Positions 1-10,171 are shown, counted from the first letter of the whole stretch. The stretch is DNA of 59,875 bases, filler included, from Sandaracinaceae bacterium (GCA_947483975.1; 6 parts of 6 records of this genome joined end to end with filler, not necessarily neighbours in it); one strand, 5' to 3'. A program made the numbers and translations. The notes: generated from the letters alone by a model not told the origin.

Positions 1-1
1 C

Positions 2-670
2 CGCGCCCGGCACGCGCTCCTCGAGGAGCGCCTCGACGCGGCGGAGGCGTTCTCCGCGCAGCTCCGCGTGCCGTCGGCGGCGCTGACCGCTCGGCTCGCT
101 GCGCTCCGCGCGAAGCTCGACCTGCGCGACCGGCACGTGCGCTCGCTCGAGACGCTCGGCCGCGAGCTCGACCTCACCCTCGGGAGCCGCGAGCGCCGCG
201 TCGTCTTCGCGATCCTCGGCGTGGCCTGGGCGCTGCAGAACACCACGCTCGGCTGGCTCGATCGCTCCGGCGTGATGCCCCTCGACTACCGCGTGCTCCT
301 CGTCAACGGCGGGCTGCTCGTCGCGACGATCGTGCCGTGGGCCTGGTGGCGGCGGCACACGCTCTTTCAGAACCGCGCCAACCGCAGGCTCTATGGCGGC
401 CTGATCTTCACGGCGCTCGCGATCGAGCTGCTCTGGGTGATGGGCGTGCTCTTGCGCGTGCCGACGCGCACGACGCTCGCCCTGACGCCGCTCTTCTACA
501 CCTACGCGTTCGCGACGCTCGGCCTCGTCCTCGACCGGCGCTTCCTGCGCGGCGCGGCGGCCCTGCTCGTCGCCGCTGGCCTCGGCGCGCTCTGGCCCGC
601 CTGGGGCCCGGAGGTCGTCGGCGTCGGCGGCGCGATGGCCGTCTGGCTCACGCTCGGCGACAGGCGCTGA
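2..670 (+). CDS. 5'-truncated membrane protein with about 5 C-terminal TM helices; possibly the tail of a myxobacterial Ser/Thr kinase
   Basis: Frame is open from base 2 (RARHALLEERLDAAEAF...) to TGA 668-670; helical segment followed by hydrophobic stretches; kinase link is inference only. Confidence 0.65.
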   Translation, partial: RARHALLEERLDAAEAFSAQLRVPSAALTARLAALRAKLDLRDRHVRSLETLGRELDLTLGSRERRVVFAILGVAWALQNTTLGWLDRSGVMPLDYRVLLVNGGLLVATIVPWAWWRRHTLFQNRANRRLYGGLIFTALAIELLWVMGVLLRVPTRTTLALTPLFYTYAFATLGLVLDRRFLRGAAALLVAAGLGALWPAWGPEVVGVGGAMAVWLTLGDRR

Positions 671-700
671 GCCCAGCGCGAGGCGCGGCGCCGCCGTCGC

Positions 701-1267
701 TCAGTTCAGCGCGAGGTGCAGCGTCGTCGTCGTCGTGAACGTGACGCCGGTGACGGTGGCGACGAGCACGAGCGTCTTGCCGCGCAGGCTCGCCGCGTCG
801 AAGCCGAGCTGATCGTAGACGTACGCCGCCTCGAACTCCTCGCCGACGCGCACGAAGGTCACCTCCGTGATGCCGCCGGGGAGCACCTCGCTCGCGTCCG
901 TCAGCGTGTTCTGTAGCTCGACGCGCAGGCAGATCGTGTCGCCCTCGGTGGGGAGCGCGGGCACGCGCAGCGTCGGGGTGATCATCGCGCCGCCCTGAAA
1001 GCCCATGATCACCGTCGCCGCCGCGCCGTCGGTCCAGGGCGTGAAGGTCGCGCCGTCGCCTGTGCCGAGCGTCGCCGCCCGCGGCGTCATGCCGTCCAAC
1101 ACCGGACCGGCGTCCACGTCGCGGCTCGTCGGCGCTGTGCAGCGCGCGGGCTCCGGCGGCAGCGGCTGCTCGGCGGGTCCACACCCCGCGCCGAGCGTCG
1201 CGCCGACCGCGAGCGAGGCGGCGAGCCAAGGGGTCAGCGTCGTCGTGGGCCGGCGTCGTGGGCTCAT
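701..1267 (-). CDS. Hypothetical lipoprotein
   Basis: ATG 1267; basic N-terminus, hydrophobic core and lipobox-like LGAGC; beta-rich body with GFQGG motif. Confidence 0.7.
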   Translation of the reverse strand: MSPRRRPTTTLTPWLAASLAVGATLGAGCGPAEQPLPPEPARCTAPTSRDVDAGPVLDGMTPRAATLGTGDGATFTPWTDGAAATVIMGFQGGAMITPTLRVPALPTEGDTICLRVELQNTLTDASEVLPGGITEVTFVRVGEEFEAAYVYDQLGFDAASLRGKTLVLVATVTGVTFTTTTTLHLALN

Positions 1268-1365
1268 GCGAGGCCCATCGTAGCACTCGTCGCGCGCGCC
1301 CCTCGACCCGCAGCGCACGACATCATTCGAGACGCGCGCGGCTCCGCTCTGGTATCCCTACGCTC

Positions 1366-2892
1366 GTGAGCGGCTGGTTTCAGATCTCGGTGGCGGAGCT
1401 GTGGTCGATGGGCGGCGTGCTCATCGGCGTCGCCGCGGGCTTGCTCCTGCTGCTCCTCGTCACGCTGCCGCCGAAGTCCCGCCGCAAGCTCCGCGCGCCT
1501 GCCGTCTTCTTCGGGCTTTACCTGTTTGTCGTGCTGCTCCGCTTCGTCCTGCCGCGCGCGCATCACGACAAGGTCACCTGGGTCGAGGTGCTGTCGGTCT
1601 TCCTGCTCTTGCTCGTGCTCGCGCGCGGCGTCGTGCTCTTCGTCGCGGAGTCGCGCGTCGCCAAGCGCCTGCTGCCGCCGCTGCCGAAGATCTTCGAAGA
1701 CATCCTGCAGTTCGTCCTCTACGTCGGCGTCGCGCTGATCACGCTGCGCTCCGCAGGCGTCGACACCAGCTCGCTCCTGACGACGAGCGCGATCCTCTCG
1801 GCGGTCCTCGGCTTCGCGCTGCAGGACACGCTCGGCAACGTCTTCGCCGGGCTCGCGATCCAGGCGCAGCGCCCGTTCGAGATCGGCGACTGGGTCGAGA
1901 TCGACGGCACCGTCGGGCAGGTCCTCGAGATCAGCTGGCGCGCGATGAAGGTGCTGACCCTCGATCACGTCGAGGTGATCGTGCCGAACGGCGTGCTCGC
2001 GAAGGGCACGATCAAGAACTTCACCAAGCCGACGGTCGTCTCGCGCCGCAGCCTGGACCTCTCCGCGTCGTACGAGATCCCGCCGGAGCGCGTGCAGCAG
2101 GTCGCGCTCTCCGCGCTCGAGGACGTGCCGCGCGCGCTCACGACGCCCGCGCCGAGCGTCGTGCTCAGCACCTTCGGCGAGAGCTCCGTCCACTACACGC
2201 TGCGCTACTTCACGGACGACTTCGGCGCGGCGGTCGTCACCGACAGCCTCGTCCGTTACCGCGTCTGGTACGCGTTCAAGCGCGCCAACATCGCGATCCC
2301 GTTCCCGCAGCGCGACGTGCATCTCTTCGAGGTCTCCGCAGAGTCGCGCGCGGCCGAGGGCGCGATGCGCCTCGCGGAGCGGCAGGCGGCGCTCGCGTAC
2401 GTGAGCTTCTTCGACGCGCTCCCGCCCGACGCGCGCGTCGACCTCGCGAACCGCTCGACGCGGCGGCTCTACGCGTCGGGCGAGACGATCATCCGGCAGG
2501 GCGATGAGGGCGACGAGCTCTTCGTCGTATTGCGCGGCGACGTCGCCGTCGTGCTCGAGTCGGGCAGCCGGGACGCGAGCCACGTCGAGGTCGCGCGCCT
2601 CGGGCACGGCAAATTCTTCGGTGAGATGTCGCTGATGACGGGCGAGAAGCGCGCCGCCACGGTGCGCGCGGTCAACGAATGTCAGCTCCTCGTCGTCGGA
2701 CACGAGGCGTTCGAGAGCGTCCTCGAGGGGCACCCCGAGCTCGCCGAGCGTCTCAGCGTGATGCTCGCCGAGCGGCAGCTTCAGCTCGATGAGCGCCAGG
2801 CGGTCGCGACCGCGAAGAACAAGCAGGCGCTCGACGAGCGCTCGAGCCAGATCCTCTCGAAGATTCGCGCGTTCTTCGCCATCGAGAAGTAG
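1366..2892 (+). CDS. MscS-family mechanosensitive channel fused to a C-terminal cyclic-nucleotide-binding domain (bCNG-like)
   Basis: TM3 motif LGFALQDTLGNVFAGL, RPFEIGDWV and IPFPQR; cNMP domain IIRQGDEGDELFVV...FFGEMSL...RAATVRA; start uncertain (GTG 1366 or ATG 1408). Confidence 0.9.
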   Translation: MSGWFQISVAELWSMGGVLIGVAAGLLLLLLVTLPPKSRRKLRAPAVFFGLYLFVVLLRFVLPRAHHDKVTWVEVLSVFLLLLVLARGVVLFVAESRVAKRLLPPLPKIFEDILQFVLYVGVALITLRSAGVDTSSLLTTSAILSAVLGFALQDTLGNVFAGLAIQAQRPFEIGDWVEIDGTVGQVLEISWRAMKVLTLDHVEVIVPNGVLAKGTIKNFTKPTVVSRRSLDLSASYEIPPERVQQVALSALEDVPRALTTPAPSVVLSTFGESSVHYTLRYFTDDFGAAVVTDSLVRYRVWYAFKRANIAIPFPQRDVHLFEVSAESRAAEGAMRLAERQAALAYVSFFDALPPDARVDLANRSTRRLYASGETIIRQGDEGDELFVVLRGDVAVVLESGSRDASHVEVARLGHGKFFGEMSLMTGEKRAATVRAVNECQLLVVGHEAFESVLEGHPELAERLSVMLAERQLQLDERQAVATAKNKQALDERSSQILSKIRAFFAIEK

Positions 2893-2962
2893 CGCGCCGA
2901 AGAGTGCGCGAGTGTGATTCTGTCTGCGGCCTCGCGCGCGACAGGTGCTACCGTCCCGCTCG

Positions 2963-4363
2963 ATGCCGAAGAAGCCGACGACCTTGCGGAAGACGACGTC
3001 CGCCACCTTGCCCGCGAAGAAGCCCGCAGCGCCGCCCGCAGCGAAGCAGACGCCGGCAAAGCCTGCCGCCAAGCCCGCAGGGAAGGCCGCCGCGTCGAAG
3101 CCTCAGGCGCCGACGAAGGCCGTCGCGCCGCCGAAGGCCGTCGCGTCGCCGAAGGCCGTCGCGTCGCCGAAGGTCGTCGCGTCGCCGAAGGCCGTCGCGT
3201 CGCCGAAGGCTGTCGCGTCGCCGAAGGCCGTCACGTCGCCGAAGCCCCCGGCGAAGAAAGCCCCCGTCGTCAGTGCGCCGGTGAAGTCCGCAGCCGTGAA
3301 GGTCGTCGCGAAGAAGCCCGTCGCGTCGGCGCCCGCGCCGAAGGCCGCCGCGAAGGCCGCGCCGAAGCTGTCGCCCGTCGCGCCGAAGGCCGCCGCGAAG
3401 GCCGCGTCGAAGCCATCGCCCGTCGTCGCGAAGGCCGCCGCGAAGCCCGCAGCGAAGCCTGCACCCGTCGTCGCGAAGGCCGCGTCGAAGTCGTCGCCCG
3501 TCGCGCCGAAGGCCGCCGCGAAGGCCGCTGCGAAGGCTCCGCCGAAGCACGACACCGTCGCCGACGCGCCTGCGCCGAAGGCCGCCGCGAAGGCCGCCGC
3601 GAAGGCGGCGTCGAAGCAGACCAGCCTGACGCTGGAGCTCGCGCCTGCGCCCGTGAAGGCGCCCGCGCGGGTCGCGCCCAAGGTCGAGGCGGCTCCGCCT
3701 CCTCCGCCTCCGCCTCCGCCGCCCCCGCCTGTCGAGGTGAAGAAGCTCGCGACGAAGAAGCTGATCGTCGCCTCGGCGCCTACGCCGAGCTTCGGCGTCG
3801 CGCCCGTGAAGCGCGCCCGCGTGAACACGAAGCCCGACGCGGCCGCCGCCGACGCGCTCTTTCTTCAGCACGCGGCGGCGGTCGGTCTCGCGACCGCGAC
3901 GATCGATCAGGCGTGGGAGCGGATGCCGCTCTTCGGCCCGCTGCTCGCCTTCGCGCTCGTGCGCCAGGGTGTTGATGGGCTCGTGCAGGCGACGATCCGC
4001 GCGGCGGCGACCGATGTGCCCGACGCCGACATCGGCGACGCGCTCTCGTCGCTCAGCGCCCCGAGCCATCGCGCCGTGACCACCGTCGCAGAGGCGCGCG
4101 ATGAGGCGACGATGGCGCGCACGCCTTCTCGCGCCGCGCTGCTCGACGCGATCCAGCACTCGCTCGAGGGCGCGCTCGCCCGTGAAGACGGCAACGTCGC
4201 GCACGCCTACGACTGCGGGCTCGCGACGGCGCGCTCGCTGACGGCGGCGGTCGCGACGGCGCGCGGACGCGACGCGAGCGACCAGGTCGAGCGCGGCGAG
4301 ATCGTCCGAGGCTTGCTCGAGCGCTTGCGCGCCGCGTCCCCGCAAACGCCCGCCGTCGTCTGA
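2963..4363 (+). CDS. Histone H1/AlgP-like Lys-Ala-Pro repeat protein with poly-Pro linker and C-terminal helical domain
   Basis: ATG 2963; KPAA, KAAA and SPKAVA repeats; run of 12 Pro; about 175-aa non-repetitive C-terminus; host-like codons (AAG, GCC/GCG). Confidence 0.75.
   Translation: MPKKPTTLRKTTSATLPAKKPAAPPAAKQTPAKPAAKPAGKAAASKPQAPTKAVAPPKAVASPKAVASPKVVASPKAVASPKAVASPKAVTSPKPPAKKAPVVSAPVKSAAVKVVAKKPVASAPAPKAAAKAAPKLSPVAPKAAAKAASKPSPVVAKAAAKPAAKPAPVVAKAASKSSPVAPKAAAKAAAKAPPKHDTVADAPAPKAAAKAAAKAASKQTSLTLELAPAPVKAPARVAPKVEAAPPPPPPPPPPPPVEVKKLATKKLIVASAPTPSFGVAPVKRARVNTKPDAAAADALFLQHAAAVGLATATIDQAWERMPLFGPLLAFALVRQGVDGLVQATIRAAATDVPDADIGDALSSLSAPSHRAVTTVAEARDEATMARTPSRAALLDAIQHSLEGALAREDGNVAHAYDCGLATARSLTAAVATARGRDASDQVERGEIVRGLLERLRAASPQTPAVV
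3110..3253 (+). repeat. 18-bp coding tandem repeat, about 8 units (consensus TCGCCGAAGGCCGTCGCG = SPKAVA)
   Basis: Read directly: PTKAVA PPKAVA SPKAVA SPKVVA SPKAVA SPKAVA SPKAVT SPKPPA. Confidence 0.9.
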
Positions 4364-4480
4364 GCCCGCGCGCTCGGGCTGTTCGTCCAACGCGCTCGAG
4401 CGCCGCCGCTCGGAGCGCAGCGGCCGAGAACCAAGGCGGGCGCCGTCTACTCGGCGCGCCGCCCGTTCCCTCGTTGCCAG

Positions 4481-6343
4481 CTATTCCGTGTCCGCCGCGA
4501 GCGACCGGATCTTCAGCTCTGCGAGCTGCTCCGGGTTCACCCGATCGGGCGCGCCCGTCATCGCGTCCGTCGCGCGCGCCGTCTTCGGGAAGGCGATCAC
4601 GTCGCGCAGCGACTCGGCGTCCGTGAGCAGCATCGAGAGGCGATCCCAGCCGAGCGCGATGCCGCCGTGCGGCGGCGCGCCCAGCTTGAGCGCGTCGAGC
4701 AGGAAGCCGAACTTCTGCCGCGCCTCCTCTTGCTGAATGCCGAGCACCGCGAACACGCGGCTCTGCACCTCGGGATCGTGCAGGCGGATCGAGCCGCCGC
4801 CGATCTCGAAGCCGTTGAGCACGACGTCGTAGCGGTAGCAGAGCACCTTGCCCGGGTCCTTCTCGAGCAGCTCCAGGCTCGCGTCGTGCGGGCGCGTGAA
4901 GGGATGGTGAGCCGCAGCCCAGCGCTTGTTGTCCTCGTCGTACTCGAAGAGCGGAGGCTCCACGACCCAGAGGAAATTCCACGCGCCGCCCGAGCCCGAC
5001 TCCGGGATGACGCCGAGCTTCTTCGCGAGGTGCAGGCGCAGGTTCGCCATCACCGTGTGCACCATCGCCGCGCTGCCGAACTGCAGCAGCAGGAGGTCGC
5101 CCTCCTTCGCGCCGCACGCCGCGTTGAGCGCCTCGCGGAACTCCTTGGTCGCGACCTTCGCGAGCGGGCTCTGCGTCCACTCGCCGCCCGCGCCGACCTT
5201 CGCGCGCGCGAGCCCCTTGCTGCCCATGCTCTTGACGTACGCCTCGAGCTTGTCCGCTTCGGTGCGCGAGAGGTTCGCGCTCGCGGGCACGACGAGCGCC
5301 TTGACGATCTGCGGCGGAAGATCCCGGCGGTACTCGCCCGAGAGGTACTTCTGCGCGAGCGGCTCGAGCATCGGGATCCCACCGCCGCCGTGCTCGATGA
5401 CGAGCTCCGTCAGGTCGATGTGCTCCATGCCGAAGCGCATATCGGGCTTGTCGTTGCCGAAGCGGCGCATCGACTCTTCGAAGTTGAGGCGCGGGAACTT
5501 CTTCTCGGGGTAGAGCGTCTCGAGGTCGATCCCGAGCGTCTCCTTCCAGAGCCTGAAGATCAGCCCCTCCATGATCGTGAAGATGTCGTCCTGGTTGACG
5601 AACGACATCTCGACGTCGAGCTGCGTGAACTCCGGCTGCCGATCGAGGCGCGAGTCCTCGTCGCGGAAGCAGCGCACGATCTGGAAGTAGCGGTCGAAGC
5701 CCGCGACCATCAGCAACTGCTTGAAGAGCTGCGGGCTCTCGGCGAGCGCGTAGAATTTGCCGGCGGCCTGCCGCGCGGGGACGAGGAAATTGCGCGCGCC
5801 GCCGGGCGTGTATTTGACGAGGAACGGCGTCTCGACCTCGAGGAAGCCGTGGTCCGTCATGTACGCGCGCGTCGACTGCGCCATCTGATGCCGCGTGCGC
5901 AGGCTCTTCAGCAGCTTCGGGCGGCGGAGATCGAGGTAGCGGTACTCGAGGCGCTTCTCCTCGGCGGTGTCGGTGTCGTCCTTGATCTCGAAGGGCGGCG
6001 TCTCGCTCTTGTTGAAGACGACCGACTCGACCGCGACGACCTCGACCGCGCCGCTCGGGATGCGCGTGTTCCGCATCGTCCCGCGGTCGCGCACGGTGCC
6101 GCGCACGCCGAGGACCCACTCGCCGCGGGCGGCGTCGGCGGCCTCGAACGCCTCCTTGTTCGTCGTCGGATCGAACATGATCTGCGCGATGCCATCGCGA
6201 TCGCGCAGGTCGATGAAGATGCAGCCGCCGTGATCGCGGCGACCTTCGACCCAGCCGAAGAGCACGACCTCTTGTCCGATGTGCTGCTCGCGCAGCGCGC
6301 CCGCGTAGTGCGTGCGCTTGAGCTCGTCGATGAAACGCGCCAC
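4481..6343 (-). CDS. aspS: Aspartate--tRNA ligase, probably the non-discriminating Asp/Asn type
   Basis: [62 protein letters not shown] 6343 preceded by GGAGG. Confidence 0.96.
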   Translation of the reverse strand: MARFIDELKRTHYAGALREQHIGQEVVLFGWVEGRRDHGGCIFIDLRDRDGIAQIMFDPTTNKEAFEAADAARGEWVLGVRGTVRDRGTMRNTRIPSGAVEVVAVESVVFNKSETPPFEIKDDTDTAEEKRLEYRYLDLRRPKLLKSLRTRHQMAQSTRAYMTDHGFLEVETPFLVKYTPGGARNFLVPARQAAGKFYALAESPQLFKQLLMVAGFDRYFQIVRCFRDEDSRLDRQPEFTQLDVEMSFVNQDDIFTIMEGLIFRLWKETLGIDLETLYPEKKFPRLNFEESMRRFGNDKPDMRFGMEHIDLTELVIEHGGGGIPMLEPLAQKYLSGEYRRDLPPQIVKALVVPASANLSRTEADKLEAYVKSMGSKGLARAKVGAGGEWTQSPLAKVATKEFREALNAACGAKEGDLLLLQFGSAAMVHTVMANLRLHLAKKLGVIPESGSGGAWNFLWVVEPPLFEYDEDNKRWAAAHHPFTRPHDASLELLEKDPGKVLCYRYDVVLNGFEIGGGSIRLHDPEVQSRVFAVLGIQQEEARQKFGFLLDALKLGAPPHGGIALGWDRLSMLLTDAESLRDVIAFPKTARATDAMTGAPDRVNPEQLAELKIRSLAADTE

Positions 6344-6508
6344 GGGAAATGCCTCCGGAAGCTCCGGCGCTGCGGATCGCCGCACGCGCCAGAATGAGCG
6401 CGGCAAGTTAGGCCCTCGCGACGCAGAGCGTCAAGCCAGGCACGCACCGGGGAGGCGCGAAAAACCGAGCGGGGAGCGGGTCGCGCGGCGTATGCTGCTC
6501 GGCCCTCG

Positions 6509-7978
6509 ATGCTGCCTTCCGTCCTCTTCGTCGCCTCCGAGTGTGCACCCTTCGCGAAGACCGGCGGCCTCGGCGACGTCGTCGGCGCGCTGCCGATCGC
6601 GCTCGCCGCGCGCGGTCACGACGTCCGCGTCGTCTTGCCGAAGTACGACATCCTGAAGCCCGCGCAGATGTGGCGGCATCCCGAGGCGCTCGCGGTGCCG
6701 CTCGGCGCCGGCATCGCGTGGTGCGCCGTCTGGGAGTCGCGCCTGCCGGGCAGCGAGGTGCCCGTCTACTTCCTCGAGCACGACGCGCTCTTCGGGCGCG
6801 GCTATCTCTACGATCCGCCGAAGGGCCACGCGGCCGACAACATGGTGCGCTTCGCGATGCTCTCGCGCGGCGCCTTCGCGCTGGCGCGGCACCTGAACTT
6901 CACGCCGGATATCTTCCACTCGCACGACTGGCCGAGCGCGCTCGTGCCGGTGTACGCGAACACGACCGAGCGCGGCACTGCGCTCGCGGGCGCGGCGACG
7001 GTGCTGACGATCCACAACCTCGCGCATCAGGGCATCTCGCCCGAGGCGGATCTCTGGCGCACGCACGTCCCGCGCGAGTGCTTCCGCGAAGACGGGCTCG
7101 AGGATCACGGCAACGTCAACCTGCTGAAGGGCGGCCTCTATCACGCGACGATGCTGACGACCGTGTCGCCGCGCTACGCCGAGGAGATCCGCACCCCCGA
7201 GCACGGCGCGGGGCTCGAGAATTTGCTGCGTTTTCGCGCGGGCGATCTCGTCGGCGTGCTCAACGGGATCGACACCCGCGCGTGGGATCCGGCCAAGGAC
7301 GTCTACCTGCCGGCGCACTACGACGCGCAGGATCTGTCGGGCAAGGTCGTGTGCAAGCGCGCGCTCCAAGAGGAGCTCGGGCTCGCGGTGCGCGAGGATG
7401 TGCCGCTGCTCGGCGTCGTCACGCGCCTCGGTCCGCAGAAGGGCACCGACATCATCGCCGCCGCCGTGCCGCAGCTGCTCGGGCTCGGCGCGCAGCTCGT
7501 CGTGCTCGGCTCGGGCGACTCGCGCACGGAGGAGACGTTCCGCTACTACAGCGCGCAGAGCCCGGGCGGCTTCCGCGCGAAGATCGGCTTCGATGAGCGG
7601 CTCGCGCATCGCATCGAGGCGGCGTCCGATCTCTTCTTGATGCCGTCGCGCTTCGAGCCCTGCGGCCTCAATCAGATGTACAGCATGCGCTACGGCACGC
7701 TGCCGCTCGTCCGCGCGACGGGCGGGCTCGACGACACCGTGCAGCAGTGCGACGAGCGCACGGGCGAGGGCACCGGCTTCAAGCTGCACGACCTCAGCGT
7801 CAGCTCGCTCGTCGAGACGGCGCGCTGGGCCGTGCGCGTCTGGCGCGAGAATCGCCCGCACTTCCGCACGATGCAGTACCGCGCGATGCGCCAAGACTTC
7901 GGCTGGGAGCGCGCGGCGAAGCGCTACGGCGAGGTGTATCGCTGGGCGCTCGAGCGTCGGCGCGGTCGCTCGAGCTGA
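6509..7978 (+). CDS. glgA: Glycogen synthase (GT5)
   Basis: KTGGLGDV, HSHDW, TIHNLAHQG, NGID, MPSRFEPCGLNQM, RATGGLDDTV. Confidence 0.95.
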   Translation: MLPSVLFVASECAPFAKTGGLGDVVGALPIALAARGHDVRVVLPKYDILKPAQMWRHPEALAVPLGAGIAWCAVWESRLPGSEVPVYFLEHDALFGRGYLYDPPKGHAADNMVRFAMLSRGAFALARHLNFTPDIFHSHDWPSALVPVYANTTERGTALAGAATVLTIHNLAHQGISPEADLWRTHVPRECFREDGLEDHGNVNLLKGGLYHATMLTTVSPRYAEEIRTPEHGAGLENLLRFRAGDLVGVLNGIDTRAWDPAKDVYLPAHYDAQDLSGKVVCKRALQEELGLAVREDVPLLGVVTRLGPQKGTDIIAAAVPQLLGLGAQLVVLGSGDSRTEETFRYYSAQSPGGFRAKIGFDERLAHRIEAASDLFLMPSRFEPCGLNQMYSMRYGTLPLVRATGGLDDTVQQCDERTGEGTGFKLHDLSVSSLVETARWAVRVWRENRPHFRTMQYRAMRQDFGWERAAKRYGEVYRWALERRRGRSS

Positions 7979-8010
7979 GCTCGCCCCGCGGGGCGCTCGC
8001 AGGCTCGCCT

Positions 8011-9582
8011 CTACAGACCGAGCGTCGTGCGCACTTGCTTCGCGAGGGCGCGCACGCTGAACGGCTTGGCGAGGAAGCTCGCGCCGCGCCCGTCGACCCA
8101 CTCCTGCACGCGCGCGTCATCGGGCCGCCCGGAGACGAGCAGCACGCGCGTCTCGTGGCGAATCGCGCAGAGCCGCGCTGCGAGCGCGGGGCCGTGAATT
8201 CCTGGCAAGAGCACGTCCGCGACGAGCAGATGGATCGGCCCGAAGTGCGCGCTCGCGACCTGCTCGGCGAGCTCGCCGTCCGCGGCTTCGAGCACGTGAT
8301 AGCCCTGTCGGCGCAGCGTCCGCACGGTCACGGAGCGCACGGCGGGGTCGTCGTCGACGACGAGGATCGTCTCGTGGCCCTCGGGGGGCGGCGTGCCCTC
8401 GGGCGGGGGCAGTGTTGCGGCGCGCCTGCCTGGCTCGTGCACAGGCAGCGCGATGCGGAAGGTCGTGCCGACGTCCTGCTCGCTCTCGACGCCGATGCTG
8501 CCGCCGCACTGGTGCACGATGCCGTACGCCGTCGCCAAGCCGAGCCCGGTGCCGCGCTCTTTCGTCGTGTAGAACGGCTCGAAGATGTGCGCCGCGACCT
8601 CGAAGGGCATACCGACGCCGGTGTCCGCGAGCTCGAGCACGACCGAGCCGGTGTCCTCTGCGGTGCCGTCGCGCGTGCGCAGCGTCAGCGTGCCACCGTC
8701 CGGCATCGCGTCGCGCGCGTTGACGGCGAGGTTCATCAGCACCTGACCGACGAAGCGGTCGGGATCGAAGAGCACGGAGTCCTCGGTCGCGCGTAGCTCG
8801 ACGACCAGGCGCACGTTCGCTCCGAGCACGCGCGCGAGCAGCGCCTGTGCGCGCCGCACGACCTCGCCGAGGCGCGTCACGCGGGGCTCGACGATCTGCT
8901 GCCGCGCGAAGGTCAGCAGCTGCTGCGCGATCGTCGCCCCGCGGCTCGCCGCCTCGCGCACCTCGCCGAGCATCTCGCGGAGGTCGGTGTCGCTCGTGAC
9001 CTTCGGGTGCTCGAGCGCGATGTCCGCGTTGCCGAGCACGGCGGTCAGCAGGTTGTTGAAGTCGTGCGCGACCGCGCCCGCGAGCCGACCGAGGCTCTCC
9101 ATCCGGCTCGCCTGCTGCACCTGCGCCTCGAGGCGCTTTCGCTCGCTGAGGTCGCGCGAGATGCACGAGAGAAACAGCAACTCCCCCGCCGCGTCACGGT
9201 GCGCGCACACGACGCAGGACGCGGCCGTCTCCTCGCCCTCGCGCGACAGAAAGGCCGTCTCGCCGGTCCAGCGCCCGCGGACGATCGCGGTCGGGATCGA
9301 CTCGTCCCGCATCAGATCTGCCGCCCAGCGAGGGTGCAGATCGCCGACGCGCGTGCGCGTGATGTCGGCGTCGTCGGCGAGCCCGACGAGGCGGCGACCC
9401 GCGCCGTTCAAGTAGAGCAGGTGGCCGGTGAGGTCCTTGATGCTGATGATGTCGCTGGTCGCTTCGAGCACGCTGAGCAGGCGATCGCGGTCGCTCTCTG
9501 CGCGGCGCGCAGCTGCGCGCGCAGCCTCCAGCTCGCCCTCGAGCCGCGTCAGCCGTTCCAAGTCAGTCTCACCCACGGACAC
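8011..9582 (-). CDS. PAS-domain hybrid sensor histidine kinase with receiver domain
   Basis: PAS/PAC; H-box AGAVAHDFNNLL; NLAVNARDAM; FEPFYTTK; GTGLGL; REC ILVVDDD...LLVADV...LAKPF. Confidence 0.92.
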   Translation of the reverse strand: MSVGETDLERLTRLEGELEAARAAARRAESDRDRLLSVLEATSDIISIKDLTGHLLYLNGAGRRLVGLADDADITRTRVGDLHPRWAADLMRDESIPTAIVRGRWTGETAFLSREGEETAASCVVCAHRDAAGELLFLSCISRDLSERKRLEAQVQQASRMESLGRLAGAVAHDFNNLLTAVLGNADIALEHPKVTSDTDLREMLGEVREAASRGATIAQQLLTFARQQIVEPRVTRLGEVVRRAQALLARVLGANVRLVVELRATEDSVLFDPDRFVGQVLMNLAVNARDAMPDGGTLTLRTRDGTAEDTGSVVLELADTGVGMPFEVAAHIFEPFYTTKERGTGLGLATAYGIVHQCGGSIGVESEQDVGTTFRIALPVHEPGRRAATLPPPEGTPPPEGHETILVVDDDPAVRSVTVRTLRRQGYHVLEAADGELAEQVASAHFGPIHLLVADVLLPGIHGPALAARLCAIRHETRVLLVSGRPDDARVQEWVDGRGASFLAKPFSVRALAKQVRTTLGL

Positions 9583-9643
9583 ACTCTATCCTGTCCCTGG
9601 TCGCTGGGAAACATCCGTGAGATGAATGCTGTTGGTGAGCTCC

Positions 9644-9969
9644 ATGACCCCCTTCGATCCGCTCGCGCCCGCCTCGGCCACGCCGCCCGCTGACCCGCTC
9701 GCGCCGACCCCTGCCCCGCCCGTCGAGCCGCTGCGCGCGTTCACCTCGGTCGCGGATCGCTACGAGCTCGACCGCGTCATCGCGCCCTGCTCGCGCGGCT
9801 TTCTGTACGCCGCGCGCGACCGCGCCGAGGGGCGGTCGCTGACGCTCGAGGTGCTGCCGAGCGCGCTCGCGTCCGACGCCGAGGCCGTCGCGAAGTTCGT
9901 CGGTGAGGCGATGGCCGCGGCGACGCTGCCCGGCGACTCGATCGCGCGCCCGCTCGCCGTCGGCGCGGA
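9644..9969 (+). CDS. 3'-truncated protein starting with a degenerate Ser/Thr kinase N-lobe
   Basis: DRYELDRVI...LYAARD...FVGEAMAAATL matches kinase subdomains I-IV, but the Gly loop and VAIK Lys are altered; runs into the contig end. Confidence 0.6.
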
Positions 9970-10069
9970 NNNNNNNNNNNNNNNNNNNNNNNNNNNNNNN
10001 NNNNNNNNNNNNNTTAATTAATTAANNNNNNNNNNNNNNNNNNNNNNNNNNNNNNNNNNNNNNNNNNNN
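9970..10069. other. Artificial contig spacer
   Basis: 44 N + TTAATTAATTAA (stops in six frames) + 44 N. Confidence 0.98.
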
Positions 10070-10073
10070 ACAC

Positions 10074-10118
10074 CCCTAGGCCGCGCAGCCCTAGGCCGCC
10101 CAGCCCTCGCCCCGCGCC
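10074..10118 (+). repeat. 15-bp tandem repeat, two good units and one decayed
   Basis: CCCTAGGCCGCGCAG, CCCTAGGCCGCCCAG, then CCCTCGCCCCGCG... Confidence 0.7.
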
Positions 10119-10142
10119 CGGGCGGCCCTCCCCCGCCGCCCG

Positions 10143-10171
10143 TTGACCACGCCGCACCTGAATGCTAAAGA
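10143..10171 (+). promoter_or_regulatory. Candidate sigma70-type promoter for atpDC
   Basis: TTGACC-17 nt-TAAAGA with extended -10 TG, 120 bp upstream of atpD. Confidence 0.5.

Noticed and set aside
8011..9582. Two PAS hybrid kinases (also 54638-56683) as a special system
   Set aside because: Very common paralogous family in myxobacteria and on different contigs
10014..10025. TTAATTAATTAA recurring about every 10 kb
   Set aside because: Always centred in N runs; a six-frame stop linker, not biology
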